Assembly (NCBI GenBank): GCA_027923505.1
Contig: BROI01000016.1
Location: forward strand, 62,001-126,000
DNA length: 64,000 nt
DNA from: Mayamaea pseudoterrestris
Taxonomy: Eukaryota
Direction of reading: 5' to 3'
The notes beneath the pieces were generated by a model that did not search any database, was not told the DNA's origin, and was given only the letters and a program-made list of their open reading frames with translations. Below are positions 1-12,094 of the stretch, piece by piece. A program made the position numbers and the translations under genes. The stretch's first letter is position 1, and each line of letters starts with the position of its first letter.

Positions 1-399
1 AGTCAATAAATGAGACGAACTTAAAGTAGCCTTTGTTGAGCTTGCCATTGATTTTGCGGCCTTGGAAGAATTGGCTGCGAGTTGCTCCACGGCTTGGATT
101 GCGTCAAGGATTGCTTCGTCTTCCTCTAGCGTCACCAAGACATGCTCAAGTCCCAGGCATAAATCGTGAAACATTTCATGGCAGTATTCTATTGACAATG
201 TTTCCATGAGCCGCTGATAAGCGTGCTGGAGTTTTGTATAAACGGCTTGATCGCTGCTCGTGACGTCGCTGCATAAGCTTGCCATGATGCGACCCAATTG
301 AAACAAGTCCAAGGCATCAATCATAACATCATTATCACTTTTTGCTGCCTCCAGCTTGTCAAGCAGTTGTTGCGCAGTTATTGTTAACTGAGTATGCAT
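1..399 (-). CDS. Hypothetical protein, 5' part (runs off window start)
   Basis: Read by hand: ATG at 399 followed by 133 stop-free codons (MHTQLTITAQQLLDKLEAAK...) to position 1. Divergent from the next gene. Absent from the ORF track because it has no stop in the window. Confidence 0.6.
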   Translation of the reverse strand, partial: MHTQLTITAQQLLDKLEAAKSDNDVMIDALDLFQLGRIMASLCSDVTSSDQAVYTKLQHAYQRLMETLSIEYCHEMFHDLCLGLEHVLVTLEEDEAILDAIQAVEQLAANSSKAAKSMASSTKATLSSSHLLT

Positions 400-537
400 A
401 TTGTTGTTGTATTGTATAATTATCCATCGACGTGCTTTTGTGGTTGATCCATGGGACGACGATTTACGATGAGACATAGTTTTCATCATCGCTTAAAAAG
501 CGCGGTCGCCGCGCGCCCGTCTCAAAAAGGTTTCACC

Positions 538-1302
538 ATGACCACCACCAAGAAACGAAAGGCATCCAACGTTACCAAAAGGAGCAAGGATGCGACTGCA
601 TCAAGTGACTGGCTGAATGCGCTTGTCAAGCAGACTTCTTCAGAAGATCCAGAAAACAATGTCTCATCAAAGCAAGAGCGCATCGACAAACGACTAGCAA
701 AGAAGCAGCGCCAGCAGGAGAGACGTCAGGCGACCACTGCCATTCATAACACGTCTACTAGCGCTATTACGGAACCCGCAAAAACTAATTCGAATAAGAC
801 AAAGGCATCAAAGACGCAGTCATTTGACTCTGACCCGACGAGAAAAGGTCTCGTCCGAGTAGCCGGCAAGGTTCATTCCGCCATTGTCAAAAGCAGCGAG
901 CCGCAGCATGCACCATCGTCTACCAATATGTCTCGCCGACCTCGTCTCTACCAACCAGATACTAGTGCAACGACGACAAACTTTAAAAAGCGCCAATGGG
1001 AAGTATCCAGTATTCAGCCGCGTCGCAACGACTACGGTGGCATTGGACTCGCCCGAGATAGCTTGTACTTGGAACTGAGCGACCCTAGCTTTGGCGCCAA
1101 GCTCCAGCAGGAATTTGCGGAACATGTGTCTGGCTTCTTTGGCAAGCAGCGCACCAAGGCAATGAAGAAGCAGCTGAACAGCAACATGCTGTGGAAGCAA
1201 ATGGCGACGAAAAAGGATTTGCGGATTGATGGAAAACGATTGGGTGACATGAAACCAGATGATCAAGTCGAGGCATTAATCAAGGCTGGTGTAATAATGT
1301 AA
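538..1302 (+). CDS. Hypothetical basic (Lys/Arg-rich) protein, probably nuclear
   Basis: Long ORF 451-1302 with likely start MTTTKKRK. Ordered-looking C-terminus (IQPRRNDYGGIGLAR...FFGKQRTKAMKKQ). Confidence 0.65.
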   Translation: MTTTKKRKASNVTKRSKDATASSDWLNALVKQTSSEDPENNVSSKQERIDKRLAKKQRQQERRQATTAIHNTSTSAITEPAKTNSNKTKASKTQSFDSDPTRKGLVRVAGKVHSAIVKSSEPQHAPSSTNMSRRPRLYQPDTSATTTNFKKRQWEVSSIQPRRNDYGGIGLARDSLYLELSDPSFGAKLQQEFAEHVSGFFGKQRTKAMKKQLNSNMLWKQMATKKDLRIDGKRLGDMKPDDQVEALIKAGVIM

Positions 1303-2226
1303 TAGTGCGCAGTCAAGGTTTTGTAGTTACCAAGTATGTTTGTTTGCCAGTTTTTCAGTCGGCGAATACTGCAACTGTTACATTAGTGGAACCAGATGCA
1401 CAGCAAAGATTCATCTTTCTCAAACATTAAAGAGGTGTCTCTGCCATTGCCGGCCAAACAAGAAATCGCCCTCGCTGACTCGTGTTGTTGCATTCAATGA
1501 GCAAGTCTTCCGCCTCAACACCAATGGATCCTCCTTTGCTGTCCGTCTGTGAACCGTCGTCACTCAAGTGACTCATTTGCGGCGGACACTGATCCGTTGT
1601 ATCTTTGGCCATCTTGAAAATACTTTCGAAAAGCTGAATTGGATGGCAAACAGCCTTGACCGCATTGTCGTCACTGCACGGCATCTTGGCCAAATGCAAA
1701 GGCGGTGCCGAATCGGAGAAACATTTTGTTGCCATCGATGATGCCGGATCGCGTTTATTTCAAAAGTCCAAACTCCGATTCGTGAAACGAAGGGCTTCGC
1801 GTGTACGTCGCTGGTGGATCAGAGGACGGATGTAACACTGAGGGATCCATCAAGTCGGTCAAGTCACTTTCGACGCAAGTCAAACTGACACCAACGTCCC
1901 TTCCGACTACAACTACTGGCAATTGGGGAGCCACCATTACTCTAAACAAGAAATGTCTTCTTCCTCTTCACTGTTACAACAAGTCTATACTGCTCGGTGC
2001 AATGGCTTTTTGCTGCAACGACTCAGGATATTGCGCGCTCATATGTGTCGGTTGGATTTTCGAATTTTGAAAGTTTGATGAGCGCGGCGCGCCATTTCCG
2101 TCCGTGAGAAATGGTGTCGTAACGGGACTTCGTTTCATCGCAGCGGTACTACTCATGGCGCGGCAACCGCGCGCTGCGCCTCGAAACGAAAGTTCAGCGC
2201 ATGCCGCATGACCATGGGCAAACGCG

Positions 2227-3621
2227 ATGCGTTCTCCATTCTTGACTAGACGTCCTGCATCACTCTTTTGTCTGCTGACCACCTACTCTAAAGCTATTGG
2301 TGCAAATGCCTATGAAGAATCCCGATTTTCTCCGCAACAACGAGTTCCAGTAGCACGCCATGCTGCTCCGAACAACGAACTGCATCAGCATTTGGAAGCC
2401 TCTCGTAAAGCACCATTTCCTCCGCCTGGCCTTGCCGTCAAGACCACGGAAGATTATCAAGTTGTTAGACGACTTGGAACTGGAAAGTTTAGCGATGTTT
2501 TTGAAGCTGTGGACATGAATGTGGAACAACGACTGAACAATCAACACAACTTGCAGAACGAAAATGAAGCAAACATGGAGCACACAAAGAACATGAAGCA
2601 GCATTCTGGATCACTTGTTGTACTAAAGTGCTTAAAGCCAGTCAGCGAGCGCAAAATTCGACGCGAAATCGCCATTCTACAGCATGTTTCAAAGCTTCCC
2701 AATTTGGTGAAACTACTCGGCATTGTGCTGCCACCCAAGTATTTTGCAACAAGTCGCTCGCCAACCGAGTTGCCACAAATGCCATCGCTTGTTTTGGAAC
2801 ATGCTGGACCGCATGCGCAGTGGCTATGTCACGGCCATGGGCTGCTTGCTCCAAGCTCTTCTGAGAAGGCAGCGCCACCACATGATCAAGCAGCGACAGC
2901 TGAATCACAGTATCTTTCCGACTATGAGATACGTTACTACATGTTCCATCTTTTGATTGCACTAGACTCTTTACACTCCGTTGGAATCATGCATCGCGAC
3001 GTCAAGCCTAGGAACGTTTTGATCAATCGCGGCAACCACATTGTTGGAAAGGGTATGCAGCCGCACCACCACCGTCCGTTGGTGTTGATTGACTTGGGTC
3101 TCAGTGACTTTTACTCGCTGCATCAACGGTACAATGTTCGCGTTGCCTCAAGACACTACAAGAGCCCCGAGTTGCTTGTTGGTTATGAGTACTATCATTA
3201 CAGTCTCGACTTTTGGAGTCTTGGATGTGTTTTGGTGGGCTTACTGCTGCGACGAGAACCCTTCTTTCGAGGCAAGGACAATGTTGATCAGCTTGCCAAG
3301 ATTGTTGCAGTGCTCGGCACAAACGACTTGATTGCCTACATGCAGCGCTATCAGATACCCATTACGAGCGACATTCAAAGCATTATTCAAAAGCACTCTA
3401 CGACGCGAAGAGACTGGGCGTCAATGGTCGCGGCCGATTGTCCCATGCCGGGCTTGGACGCTTTGGATTTGCTAGACAAGCTCCTGGTGTATGACCATGA
3501 AGGCCGACTCACGGCCAAGCAGGCCATGGAACACCCTTACTTTGATTCTGTTCGCGATCGTGTCCATGCCGAGCTTTTGAGCTACACTACCTACTTGTAT
3601 CCTTCCTGTAGGTATCCATGA
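2227..3621 (+). CDS. Casein kinase 2 alpha-like Ser/Thr kinase with N-terminal extension
   Basis: Motifs LGTGKFSDVF, LKCLKPV, HRDVKPRNVL, IDLGL, YNVRVASRHYKSPELL, EPFFRGKDNVDQL and LLVYDH..RLTA..AM.HPYF are CK2alpha-type. Confidence 0.9.
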   Translation: MRSPFLTRRPASLFCLLTTYSKAIGANAYEESRFSPQQRVPVARHAAPNNELHQHLEASRKAPFPPPGLAVKTTEDYQVVRRLGTGKFSDVFEAVDMNVEQRLNNQHNLQNENEANMEHTKNMKQHSGSLVVLKCLKPVSERKIRREIAILQHVSKLPNLVKLLGIVLPPKYFATSRSPTELPQMPSLVLEHAGPHAQWLCHGHGLLAPSSSEKAAPPHDQAATAESQYLSDYEIRYYMFHLLIALDSLHSVGIMHRDVKPRNVLINRGNHIVGKGMQPHHHRPLVLIDLGLSDFYSLHQRYNVRVASRHYKSPELLVGYEYYHYSLDFWSLGCVLVGLLLRREPFFRGKDNVDQLAKIVAVLGTNDLIAYMQRYQIPITSDIQSIIQKHSTTRRDWASMVAADCPMPGLDALDLLDKLLVYDHEGRLTAKQAMEHPYFDSVRDRVHAELLSYTTYLYPSCRYP

Positions 3622-3820
3622 TTGAAAAATAATGCAATAATGAAGGGTCTTTGAGTTATGGCAAAAGTGCTAGATGGGATTTAACAGTAAGAGAGACGCC
3701 GCAGCATGCGGCCACTGGGCATGCTTGACAATGTCATAAATGCTAGGAGCGCTGGTTCTTTGATAGCTTCGACGACCTCTGAATACATAGATATAACATT
3801 TATAACTTCAGTCAGTCCAA

Positions 3821-4906
3821 CTAAAACGAGTCAGACGGCCAAATGAGATGCGAATCACCATTGGGTGGAGAATGACCATGGAACGATTTGTACATCCAGC
3901 CCATGTCATCTTCCGTCGTCACATTCGTTGAATCTAATAAATTGAACACGCTTGGTCCCCATTCGTGCAAAATTCGCTCATAAACCAGTGTCGGCATGGC
4001 CAACACTTGCGATTTCCCCGCGAACCCTTCCAATGCTTTATGGAGTAGCATTCCAACGTGACACCCCGTACTTGCAGCCTGCGTGGTTGACTTGTCGGCG
4101 AGTCCAAACTCTCGCAATTGAATCACATTGCCACGCTCACGAAGCGAGATCCACCCAAGGATTGTATTCCCTTCCTCAACTACAAGCAAGGATTCGCCCA
4201 GCTCTTGAGCAACATATTGTTCCCAATATTCCTTGGAACGAATAATACAGCCTTCAAAGTTATGCTCCGAGTTATCTTGGTATATCTGCATAAGTTGCTC
4301 TGTGTCTTGCGGAAACCGAGCGGTCCGAATTCTGAACAAGGCATCATAGCAGCCAGTACTTGACTGTGAACGAATGGGTAGATGCGTCCATTTTGTGCGC
4401 ACGCATTCATAGCCAGCGCTTTGGTAGACTGGAAAGAAGGCTGGACCCGAGTGTAAAAAGCTGACATGAAAGTTTTCTTCCTTCATAATGTCAAAGCAAT
4501 CCTTCAAGAGTTCCTTGGAAAGATTGCGCTTGCGGTGGTTGGCACTTGTACAAACTTCGCCAATTCCGCCAGCCTTGAGTTTTTTCAAGTTCTTGCTGTA
4601 AACAGAGCATTGCGCCGTTGATATATGACGGACAAAGATTCGACAGGACGCAACAATTTCATTGCTCAATTGACGACAGGCGACTCGAACAAAGGATGCC
4701 CTTCTGTCTGGATCGTTGCAATAGTGACGTTCGAAATAGGCTGCCGGTGGAGGCGAGTCCTTGTAGGCAAAGACGGAGGCGCAAAAGGCTGACCATTGCG
4801 GCATTTCGGATTCATCAAGACCTCTGAGCACATAATTTTCTGCTGGTAAGTCGTCTGGGAGCTTGACAGTCAAGACACGAGAGGATGATGCGGTCGCAGG
4901 CGCCAT
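3821..4906 (-). CDS. GNAT-family N-acetyltransferase (Eis-like N-terminal GNAT)
   Basis: GGIGEVCTSANHRKRNLSKELL (GNAT motif A) and FYQ..GY-like PVYQSAGY. Intronless. Start chosen at MAPATASS; the ORF extends to 5035. Confidence 0.75.
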   Translation of the reverse strand: MAPATASSSRVLTVKLPDDLPAENYVLRGLDESEMPQWSAFCASVFAYKDSPPPAAYFERHYCNDPDRRASFVRVACRQLSNEIVASCRIFVRHISTAQCSVYSKNLKKLKAGGIGEVCTSANHRKRNLSKELLKDCFDIMKEENFHVSFLHSGPAFFPVYQSAGYECVRTKWTHLPIRSQSSTGCYDALFRIRTARFPQDTEQLMQIYQDNSEHNFEGCIIRSKEYWEQYVAQELGESLLVVEEGNTILGWISLRERGNVIQLREFGLADKSTTQAASTGCHVGMLLHKALEGFAGKSQVLAMPTLVYERILHEWGPSVFNLLDSTNVTTEDDMGWMYKSFHGHSPPNGDSHLIWPSDSF

Positions 4907-5331
4907 GGTGAAGTAATGAAGGATTTGCGAGTCTTTATAGTCGCATTTAGTACCGCTAATCATCGCTCCGGTACTCGCGATGCCGCGCACAAAGGGCGAC
5001 ATCCAAAGATAAGCACTTTGCGTGCAATTTAACATGCATGATTATCTTTGGTGAACAAGGTAAACGTTTCTTTACAGAAAGTCGGTATCGCAGTGCAAGT
5101 TAGATCCTTTAGCTACCGTAAAAATATTGGTAGTCGCATCGGTTCTTAGCTTACTCTGCAGTGTTCGAATCCCCTGTCTCGGCCATCGTATCAATCGCTT
5201 GTGAGCAGTCCACTGGCCCGCAGCAATGGAGATTCTTGCCGCTTGCCGGGCACTCTCATCGAAGCTGCAAAATACCCGAGCAACGCGTCGCATACATCCA
5301 GCAAGACTATATACACTGAATTTAAGCTTTC

Positions 5332-7142
5332 ATGTCTGCAGCCAATCCTGCATCATCTGGTCTGGTAAGCCTGGCTGATTGCCTTATCGTGCGCATGGCG
5401 ACCTGACCCTCATTCATCTCGCATTGCGTCGAATCATTTTTGATTTTTTACTCTCCCTTGTAACTCAATTCTCTCTGCTTTCACTCCTCTTTTTTCAATG
5501 ATATTAGTTCATTGGTGGTTCTCGCGAATCCGGCTCCGATGTCCGCGTCCAAAATGTTCGGGCTGCAATTGCCGTGGCAAACATTGTCAAGTCGTCGCTT
5601 GGTCCTGTTGGCTTGGATAAAATGCTAGTCGATGAAATTGGAGACGTTACAATCACCAATGACGGCGCCACCATTCTGCAGCAACTCGAAGTGGAGCATC
5701 CAGCAGCTCGTTTACTGGTAGACTTGGCGCAGCTGCAGGATCGAGAAGTGGGTGATGGAACAACAAGCGTAGTCTTGGTGGCGGCGGAACTATTGAGACG
5801 AGGCAGCGACTTGATGCAAACGTCAAACGTTCATCCAACAACTGTCATTAGCGGATATCGGGCGGCACTCAAGGCAGCAGTCACCTATGTCAAGAGCAAC
5901 TTGGTAACACCAGTGACGCGACTGTCGGACGAGCATTTGCTCATGGCAGCCAAGACGAGCATGGCCAGCAAACTGATTGGCAATGAATCTGACTTTTTTG
6001 CGCAAATGGCAGTTCAAGCCATCAAGAGTGTTGCTACCAAAATGAGTGACGGCAAGACAAAGTATCCGCTGAGTGCCATTCATATTCTCAAAGCGCATGG
6101 CTTGTCGTCATTGGATAGTCGCTGCTTGCCGGGCGGCTTTGCCTTGAATGCGACGCGAGCCTCGCAAGGCATGCCGACGCATGTTGAAGCTGCTAGTGAA
6201 GACAATACTGTGAAGGTTTGCTTGTTGGACATGAACTTGCAGCGCCATCGCATGGCCATGGGTGTCAGTATTCAAGTGACGGATCCAGCCGAAATTGAAA
6301 AGATTAAGCAGGAGGAACTCACCATTACCAAGCGCAAGATTGATACAATCTTGGCCACGGGTGCCAAGGTTGTCTTGACGACAAAGGGACTGGATGATAC
6401 TTGCATGAAGTACTTTGTGCAGGCAGGTGTTTTATGTGCCAGACGCATTAACAAGGATGACATGAAGCTACTTGCGAAAGCAACGGGTGGCAAGATTGTT
6501 GTGACGCTGGCTGACATGGAGGGCGAGGAGAGTTTTGACGTTGCCAACTGTGGACAGTGCAAGAATGTACGTGAGGTACGAGTTGGAGATGGAGAAATGA
6601 TGCAGTTTGAAGGGTGTGTTGGGGGACCTGATGGAGGCTCCGCTTCCACAATTCTGCTGCGCGGACCAAACGAGTACTACTTGGACGAGGCGGATCGGGC
6701 ATTGCATGATGCGCTATGCGTGGTCAAGCGCATGTTGGAGAGTAGCTCGCTTGTGCCGGGTGGTGGTGCAGTCGAGGTGGCGCTTTCAGTGTATTTGGAT
6801 ACATTTGCTGAAACACTTAACACGCGCGAGCAGCTTGCCATTCAAGAGTTTGCTGCTGCCCTGCTGGTTATCCCTAAGACATTGGCAGTGAATGCAGCAA
6901 AGGATAGTTCTGAACTAGTAGCCAAGCTTCGTTCAATCCACGCCAAAAGTCAAAAGAACTCGGAAGATGAAGCCTTGAAAAACATGGGTTTGGACTTGGT
7001 GGAGGGAACAGTTCGTGACAACCTTGCGGCTGGTGTGGTAGAGCCTGCCGTCTCCAAAATTAAATCACTTCGATTCGCCTGCGAGGCTGCCATTACCATT
7101 CTGCGCATTGACGATCGTATTATTGTGGTGCCAAGTAATTAA
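5332..7142 (+). CDS. TCP1: T-complex protein 1 subunit alpha (CCT1), 2 exons: 5332-5364 and 5508-7142
   Basis: NIVKSSLGPVGLDKMLVD, TITNDGATIL, GDGTTSVV, GGGAVE. Removing the GTAAGC...TTAG intron at 5365-5507 gives MSAANPASSGL|FIGGSRESGSDVRVQNV. Confidence 0.95.
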
Positions 7143-7236
7143 CTACATTTATAAAATTTATTGGTAATATATAATCATGTATTGGTTTGCTTTGAGCCAT
7201 ACCTTCTTGGTGTTGTAAATTTACATAGTCAATTGA

Positions 7237-10200
7237 TTACATGAGTGCCACTTTCAAAGATTCTGGTGATAGTTGACCCTCTTTAAATTCCTTTTTATTG
7301 TCCCGAAACGACTCGTACACACGCTCCAGCTGTTGCCATCCATCCATAGACATGCTTGGCCTTGTTGTTCGAAAAGCATCAATTATATGCTCCCAGCGCA
7401 AGGAAATTTGATCAGTGTCTCGACCAAGAGCGATAGTCTCATGAGCAGCAGTGACTTCAGCTGTGTAAAAGACAGCATTGATATCTGCTGCTGTAAACTG
7501 CAACGCAAAGGGAGCTTTGTCACGCACATCTTTCAGTAACTGTCCTGATGAAATCCGTTCCACCATAGCACTGGACATGATATATCGCTTAGCAGTTTTG
7601 ATAACAATATCTGTCCATTCGTCGGGAGTGCGAGAAATTCCAACGTAAATGTGGCGCTCCAAACGTCCGGGTCGCAGCAGCGCTGGATCAATCTTGTCCG
7701 GCCGAGACGTCGCTGCAATGATATACACCGTCCCGGATGACGAATTGGAATCCTCAACGCCATCTAAGAATGTGAGGAGCTGATTCACGACGCGATCCGT
7801 CACGCCTGTGCTGTCCGAACCTCGTCTCGGCGCCAACGAGTCCAACTCGTCCAGAAAGAGAATCGACGGTGCGACGGAGGCTGCCCGCGCGAAAAGTGCC
7901 CGTACCTTTGCTTCCGATGCACCGATGTACTTTGACAAGAGCTCTGGACCATGACAAACGATCAGTGGATAGCCACATTTCTTAGCCAAAGCAGGAACAA
8001 TGAAGGACTTGCCGGCACCGGATGGACCAAACAAGAGAACACCTCGAGGAAGACGGATCTGAGCTTTGTCGTAAATGCGCTTGTACAAGCTAGGCCTCAG
8101 TACAATTGATGAAAGCTCATTCTTCACGTCGAAGAGCCCGCCGATATCCGACCATTCGTTGTTTGTCGGAAAATCATTGGTCACAGCCGACACTTTACCG
8201 AGTGGTGTATATCGGTCGAGTGATATTCTTGTCGCGCTGGCAAGGCAACTGTCAGCTAGTCCAACTCTTTGCTTCACTCTTGACGCTAATCTTTCCAAAT
8301 CACCAGGACGAAAACCACGAGACTTTCTCGCAAAGTCTGAAAACGCACGAGCAAATTTGTCTCGGCAGGAGATGTCTGCCACTTCCAGCAGGTCGAGATA
8401 AAAGTCCTTCCTTTCATCATCGAGTAGAAGTGGTAAGTTCATAACGCAACTAGGCGCGACATTGGATCGGAACGAATTGGGAATTGCATCCGATTCACTG
8501 CATGTTATCACTAGCACCGCACCAGAGTCTTGCAGCAATCGGGTCAGGGTCGATTCAATGGCAAAGCATTCATCTTTTAAAGCTGGATTCGGCTGCATAA
8601 TGTGGGCGCTTCCTGTCTCAGGACCTTCATTGCCGTGATTTGATAAAACGTCGTCCAGATTGTCTAATACAATAATCGAGTCTTCACTTTGCATTGCATC
8701 AACAAACAACGCCTCCAGTTCTTGTAGAATCGTTGACAGACGCATTGCTTTGCTCTCCTTCAAGCGTCGACAGTCAAGATATACCAAGTGCCGCTGCAAT
8801 CCAACTTGAGCAGCCACAAATAAAGCACTTTGTGTCTTGCCACTGCCAGTACCCCCGCAAAGCATGAAAGATCGCATATGCGGCGTCAGTTTGTCGAGGA
8901 GCAATAAGCCGTAAAAATTTTGCTTTTGCAATGACCTCGACAACGAGAAGCTCTCGCGTAGTATAACAGGATCCACAATGCTCGCCCTCACGCTCGAGTT
9001 TAAATTATCAATTGACTCCGTTGTCGCAGGTACCAATTTCATCAGCAAACGACGCATCTCGTGAGCAAACACGTACAAGTCGTCTTCTAATAAAGGCACC
9101 GCCGCAGCCTGATTGTCGGAGTGAAGCGCCACCCTATAATGAATAGAAGAACCAAGAGCTTGCCGCGAGTTTTCTGTATTCCAAGGTAAACTGATGAGGC
9201 TATTGATCTTAATTGGTGTAAAGTCAAAAGCAATGTCGTTGAACCACGATAACTTCACAGCAACCGCTTCTTCTATTACGTTATTGTCCACCGAGGATGT
9301 TATTTGCGACGAAGAAGCTACGCATGCACTTGGATATCGCCAAGCCGCCAAGTGACGGTGCCGCTGCACTGGAACTGCTTGTAGCTGGACGCCCATGAAC
9401 CGAGCAGTGGAACAGAGGCTTGAAACTTCTGAGCGTGTCACTAGTTCCACTCGAACGAAATCATTTGCGAGTGTTAGGTCAAGTTCTTGACGACAAAGTG
9501 GATGCAGTACTGCGTAAGGAGAAGAAGAACGCAAGTGAGAGGCTGATTCAAACGACTGCGGGAGTCGCTCATGTCAGGTTATTCTCAGAATCAAATTGAA
9601 CATAGTCGTCACGAGTTGACAACCAAATTGCCGTTCTGAATTAGCATGGTATAGATCCTCACAGAATAGCGGAAGGAGCCGAAATACAGGAAAGAGTAAA
9701 CTTACCAATCCATCCGTCCGACACTTGATCCATGACCTCGAGCCGAAGTATTCTGGTTGCTTTGCGATCCGCAATCGTCGCCGTACTGCTTGTACCGACG
9801 GCGACTGCGGTAATGCGAATGTAGCTCGGTTGTTGGAGCGATTCAAATGGTCGGGCGCCCTCCTCGCAAGTAAAAGCCGCCTTCTCGCACAATCGTTCAT
9901 ACAGTCGAGAATTCACCAATGCGCATCCTTGCGGAACACTCGATGGGAGCGAAGCGACGCAGGAATAGTCAAGTTTGCTGGGATACAAGCGACATTGAAG
10001 TCCGTTTAAAGGTCCTGCTTGCGGCGCTGGCGGCAAGACTGTGAGATCCGTGCTAGCTGCAAGTCGCCAACAGTTAAACGGCAATGGTTGCGCTTTAGTC
10101 GAAACCGTAACGGCGCACTGATCCAGAGACGAGCAGTGACCCTCATTTGCTTCTTGGACCGCTTGATCTTCCTCCCAAATGGTGCCACCATGTCCATCAC

Positions 10201-11030
10201 TTGCTATTTCTTGATTTGACAGCACGCGCACTTGAATGACGGTAACATCGTCCATTCGCAAGCTCAACAACTGGTTTGGATAAACAATTGACACTTGTTT
10301 CAAAAGACCTCCTTCTTCCAACCACTCGGCTGCTTGCGAAAGCCGAAGGTAGTCTTGCATTGACAAGGCTTGAATCGACAGCGAAGAAGCTGTTGGTGGA
10401 GCCACCGGCAAAACTCGGACTTGCACCATGGACGCAAGGTCGCATGACGCAATGATGGAACGTGGAAGCTCAATGCATGGTAAAGAACTCACGTTAGCTG
10501 TAAATAAACGAAACATTTTCGTTAGAAATATAGCGAAGCGTACGCCATTGGCAAGACAGTGCAAACAAAAGCTCCGCCATTCATCTAGATTTCTTCAAGC
10601 CTCGGTAGGAAGGCAACAGTTTGTTTAAATTCATCACTGTGATCAGCGGTAGTGACAACTTTTACTGATTCGTCATGGGCTCGAAGAAATGTAATGGAAG
10701 ATGGAACTGATGGCAAGCCTTTTTGTCGGAACGATCTACGTATTCTTCGCACGTACCATTCAAATCACTGTCCATCTCAGCACCATCATCAATCAATCCC
10801 CCGTTATATGAGACATATATAGATTCTCCATTACTCTTCTTTACTTCAAGAGCTAGGAATTCTACGGTAGCTTCATTTTGTCTTGCATCGTCGGCAGCAT
10901 GAAAATTACGAGCAACATTCGAGACGAAACGTTGCGAAAGTCGCGCGAAAAGGTTCAATCGATCATGCGGCCGAACAGACAGCTGATGATACTCATTGGC
11001 ACTGGTTTCCTCGCTTGACCCACGCGGCAT
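7237..11030 (-). CDS. PEX1: Peroxisome biogenesis AAA ATPase PEX1 (multi-exon; ORFs 10662-11030, 9659-10564, 7237-9534)
   Basis: Two AAA modules (GGTGSGKT; GPSGAGKS, FLDELD, TDRVVNQLLTFLDGVE, LLRPGRL) and an N-terminal YVSYNGG motif. GT donors near 10756 and 9705; exact exon ends not all resolved. Confidence 0.85.
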
Positions 11031-11269
11031 GGCAGCATGAATGAATCGACGCAGCAGCGTCGGTGATGAATCATGGTGGATTTGGATTTTGTGTGGAGGT
11101 CACGGCATCAATCGTTGCGAGTCGCACCGGTTAAAATCACTATATATTCGCTGTTGCTGCTTGTAAGCTATGCTATGCTCGCTACTATATAAGATAATAT
11201 ATCCATTTGCATTGAGCTTTCTTTGCTCGCTTATCCCCTTTTCCAACCTCGACTTGAATCAGTTCTGCA

Positions 11270-11863
11270 TCACTCCGCCATGGTTCGTTCGTGTACATGA
11301 ATCAAGTGCCATCCAAAGTGCGTCTGTATTGGCCCAATCGTGGTTCCAACGACAATGGCGTCTGGATCAAAAACGGCTCGCTCAAAGGGAGGTGCCATTT
11401 GGCCCGGATGAAACTTGCCCAAGTTGCCTCCATCCTTGGAGCTCGAACAGGTACTGACTTTTGCAGCCATTTCGGCAAACATTTCCGAATTATCTCCAAT
11501 CTCCGCCTTTAACTTGTGTAGCTCCTGTTCGTCGGGTGATAAAATGTGCGAAGCGACGGCATGGGAAGCTTTTGGACGGTGCGATCTTGATGATCTGGGA
11601 AGGCAGGAACATAGAAATGTGACTGAAATCCACAGAATCAAGAGTGTAACCGGACTAATTGGAAGCGTGAATCCTTGAATCTCAAGATTCTTTGCAAACC
11701 AAGGTTTGGCGTCGAGTCGCATTTGATCCGCTTCGGAAATTGATTCTTCTTTTGCGGAGACAACTGTTGTCGACATGGCGGCGACAGTCAACAGCATCAA
11801 GGATACATGGTGGAGATAATCAATCATTTCCTTCTGTAATCTTACAATCCTCGTTACGTTCAT
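11270..11863 (-). CDS. Parvulin/PpiC-type peptidyl-prolyl isomerase with N-terminal hydrophobic segments
   Basis: ASHIL...STCSSSKDGGNLGKF.PGQMAPPFERAVF...GPIQTHFGWHLI. Start codon uncertain. Confidence 0.85.
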   Translation of the reverse strand: MNVTRIVRLQKEMIDYLHHVSLMLLTVAAMSTTVVSAKEESISEADQMRLDAKPWFAKNLEIQGFTLPISPVTLLILWISVTFLCSCLPRSSRSHRPKASHAVASHILSPDEQELHKLKAEIGDNSEMFAEMAAKVSTCSSSKDGGNLGKFHPGQMAPPFERAVFDPDAIVVGTTIGPIQTHFGWHLIHVHERTMAE

Positions 11864-12094
11864 GTTACTCGTACGATATGATTCAGATAATGGCAATGGG
11901 TTCAATCTTGAGTTCAGACGGCGATGCATCAACAGCATGGTGCAGCAGAACGGTCCGTTTCCGATCGATGGATCGAAGCGAACGCGTTTTGTAGTCGGAG
12001 TGGTTCTCAAAGTATCTTAGCGCAACTGCAACGTCATCGTTTGCGCCTCCATTCATCGCGAACTGTTCCTTCGCAGCACAACCAGCACAGCACC

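Noticed and set aside
1427..1949. Short minus-strand ORFs between the first gene and the kinase
   Set aside because: No motif, and I could not build a convincing spliced model.
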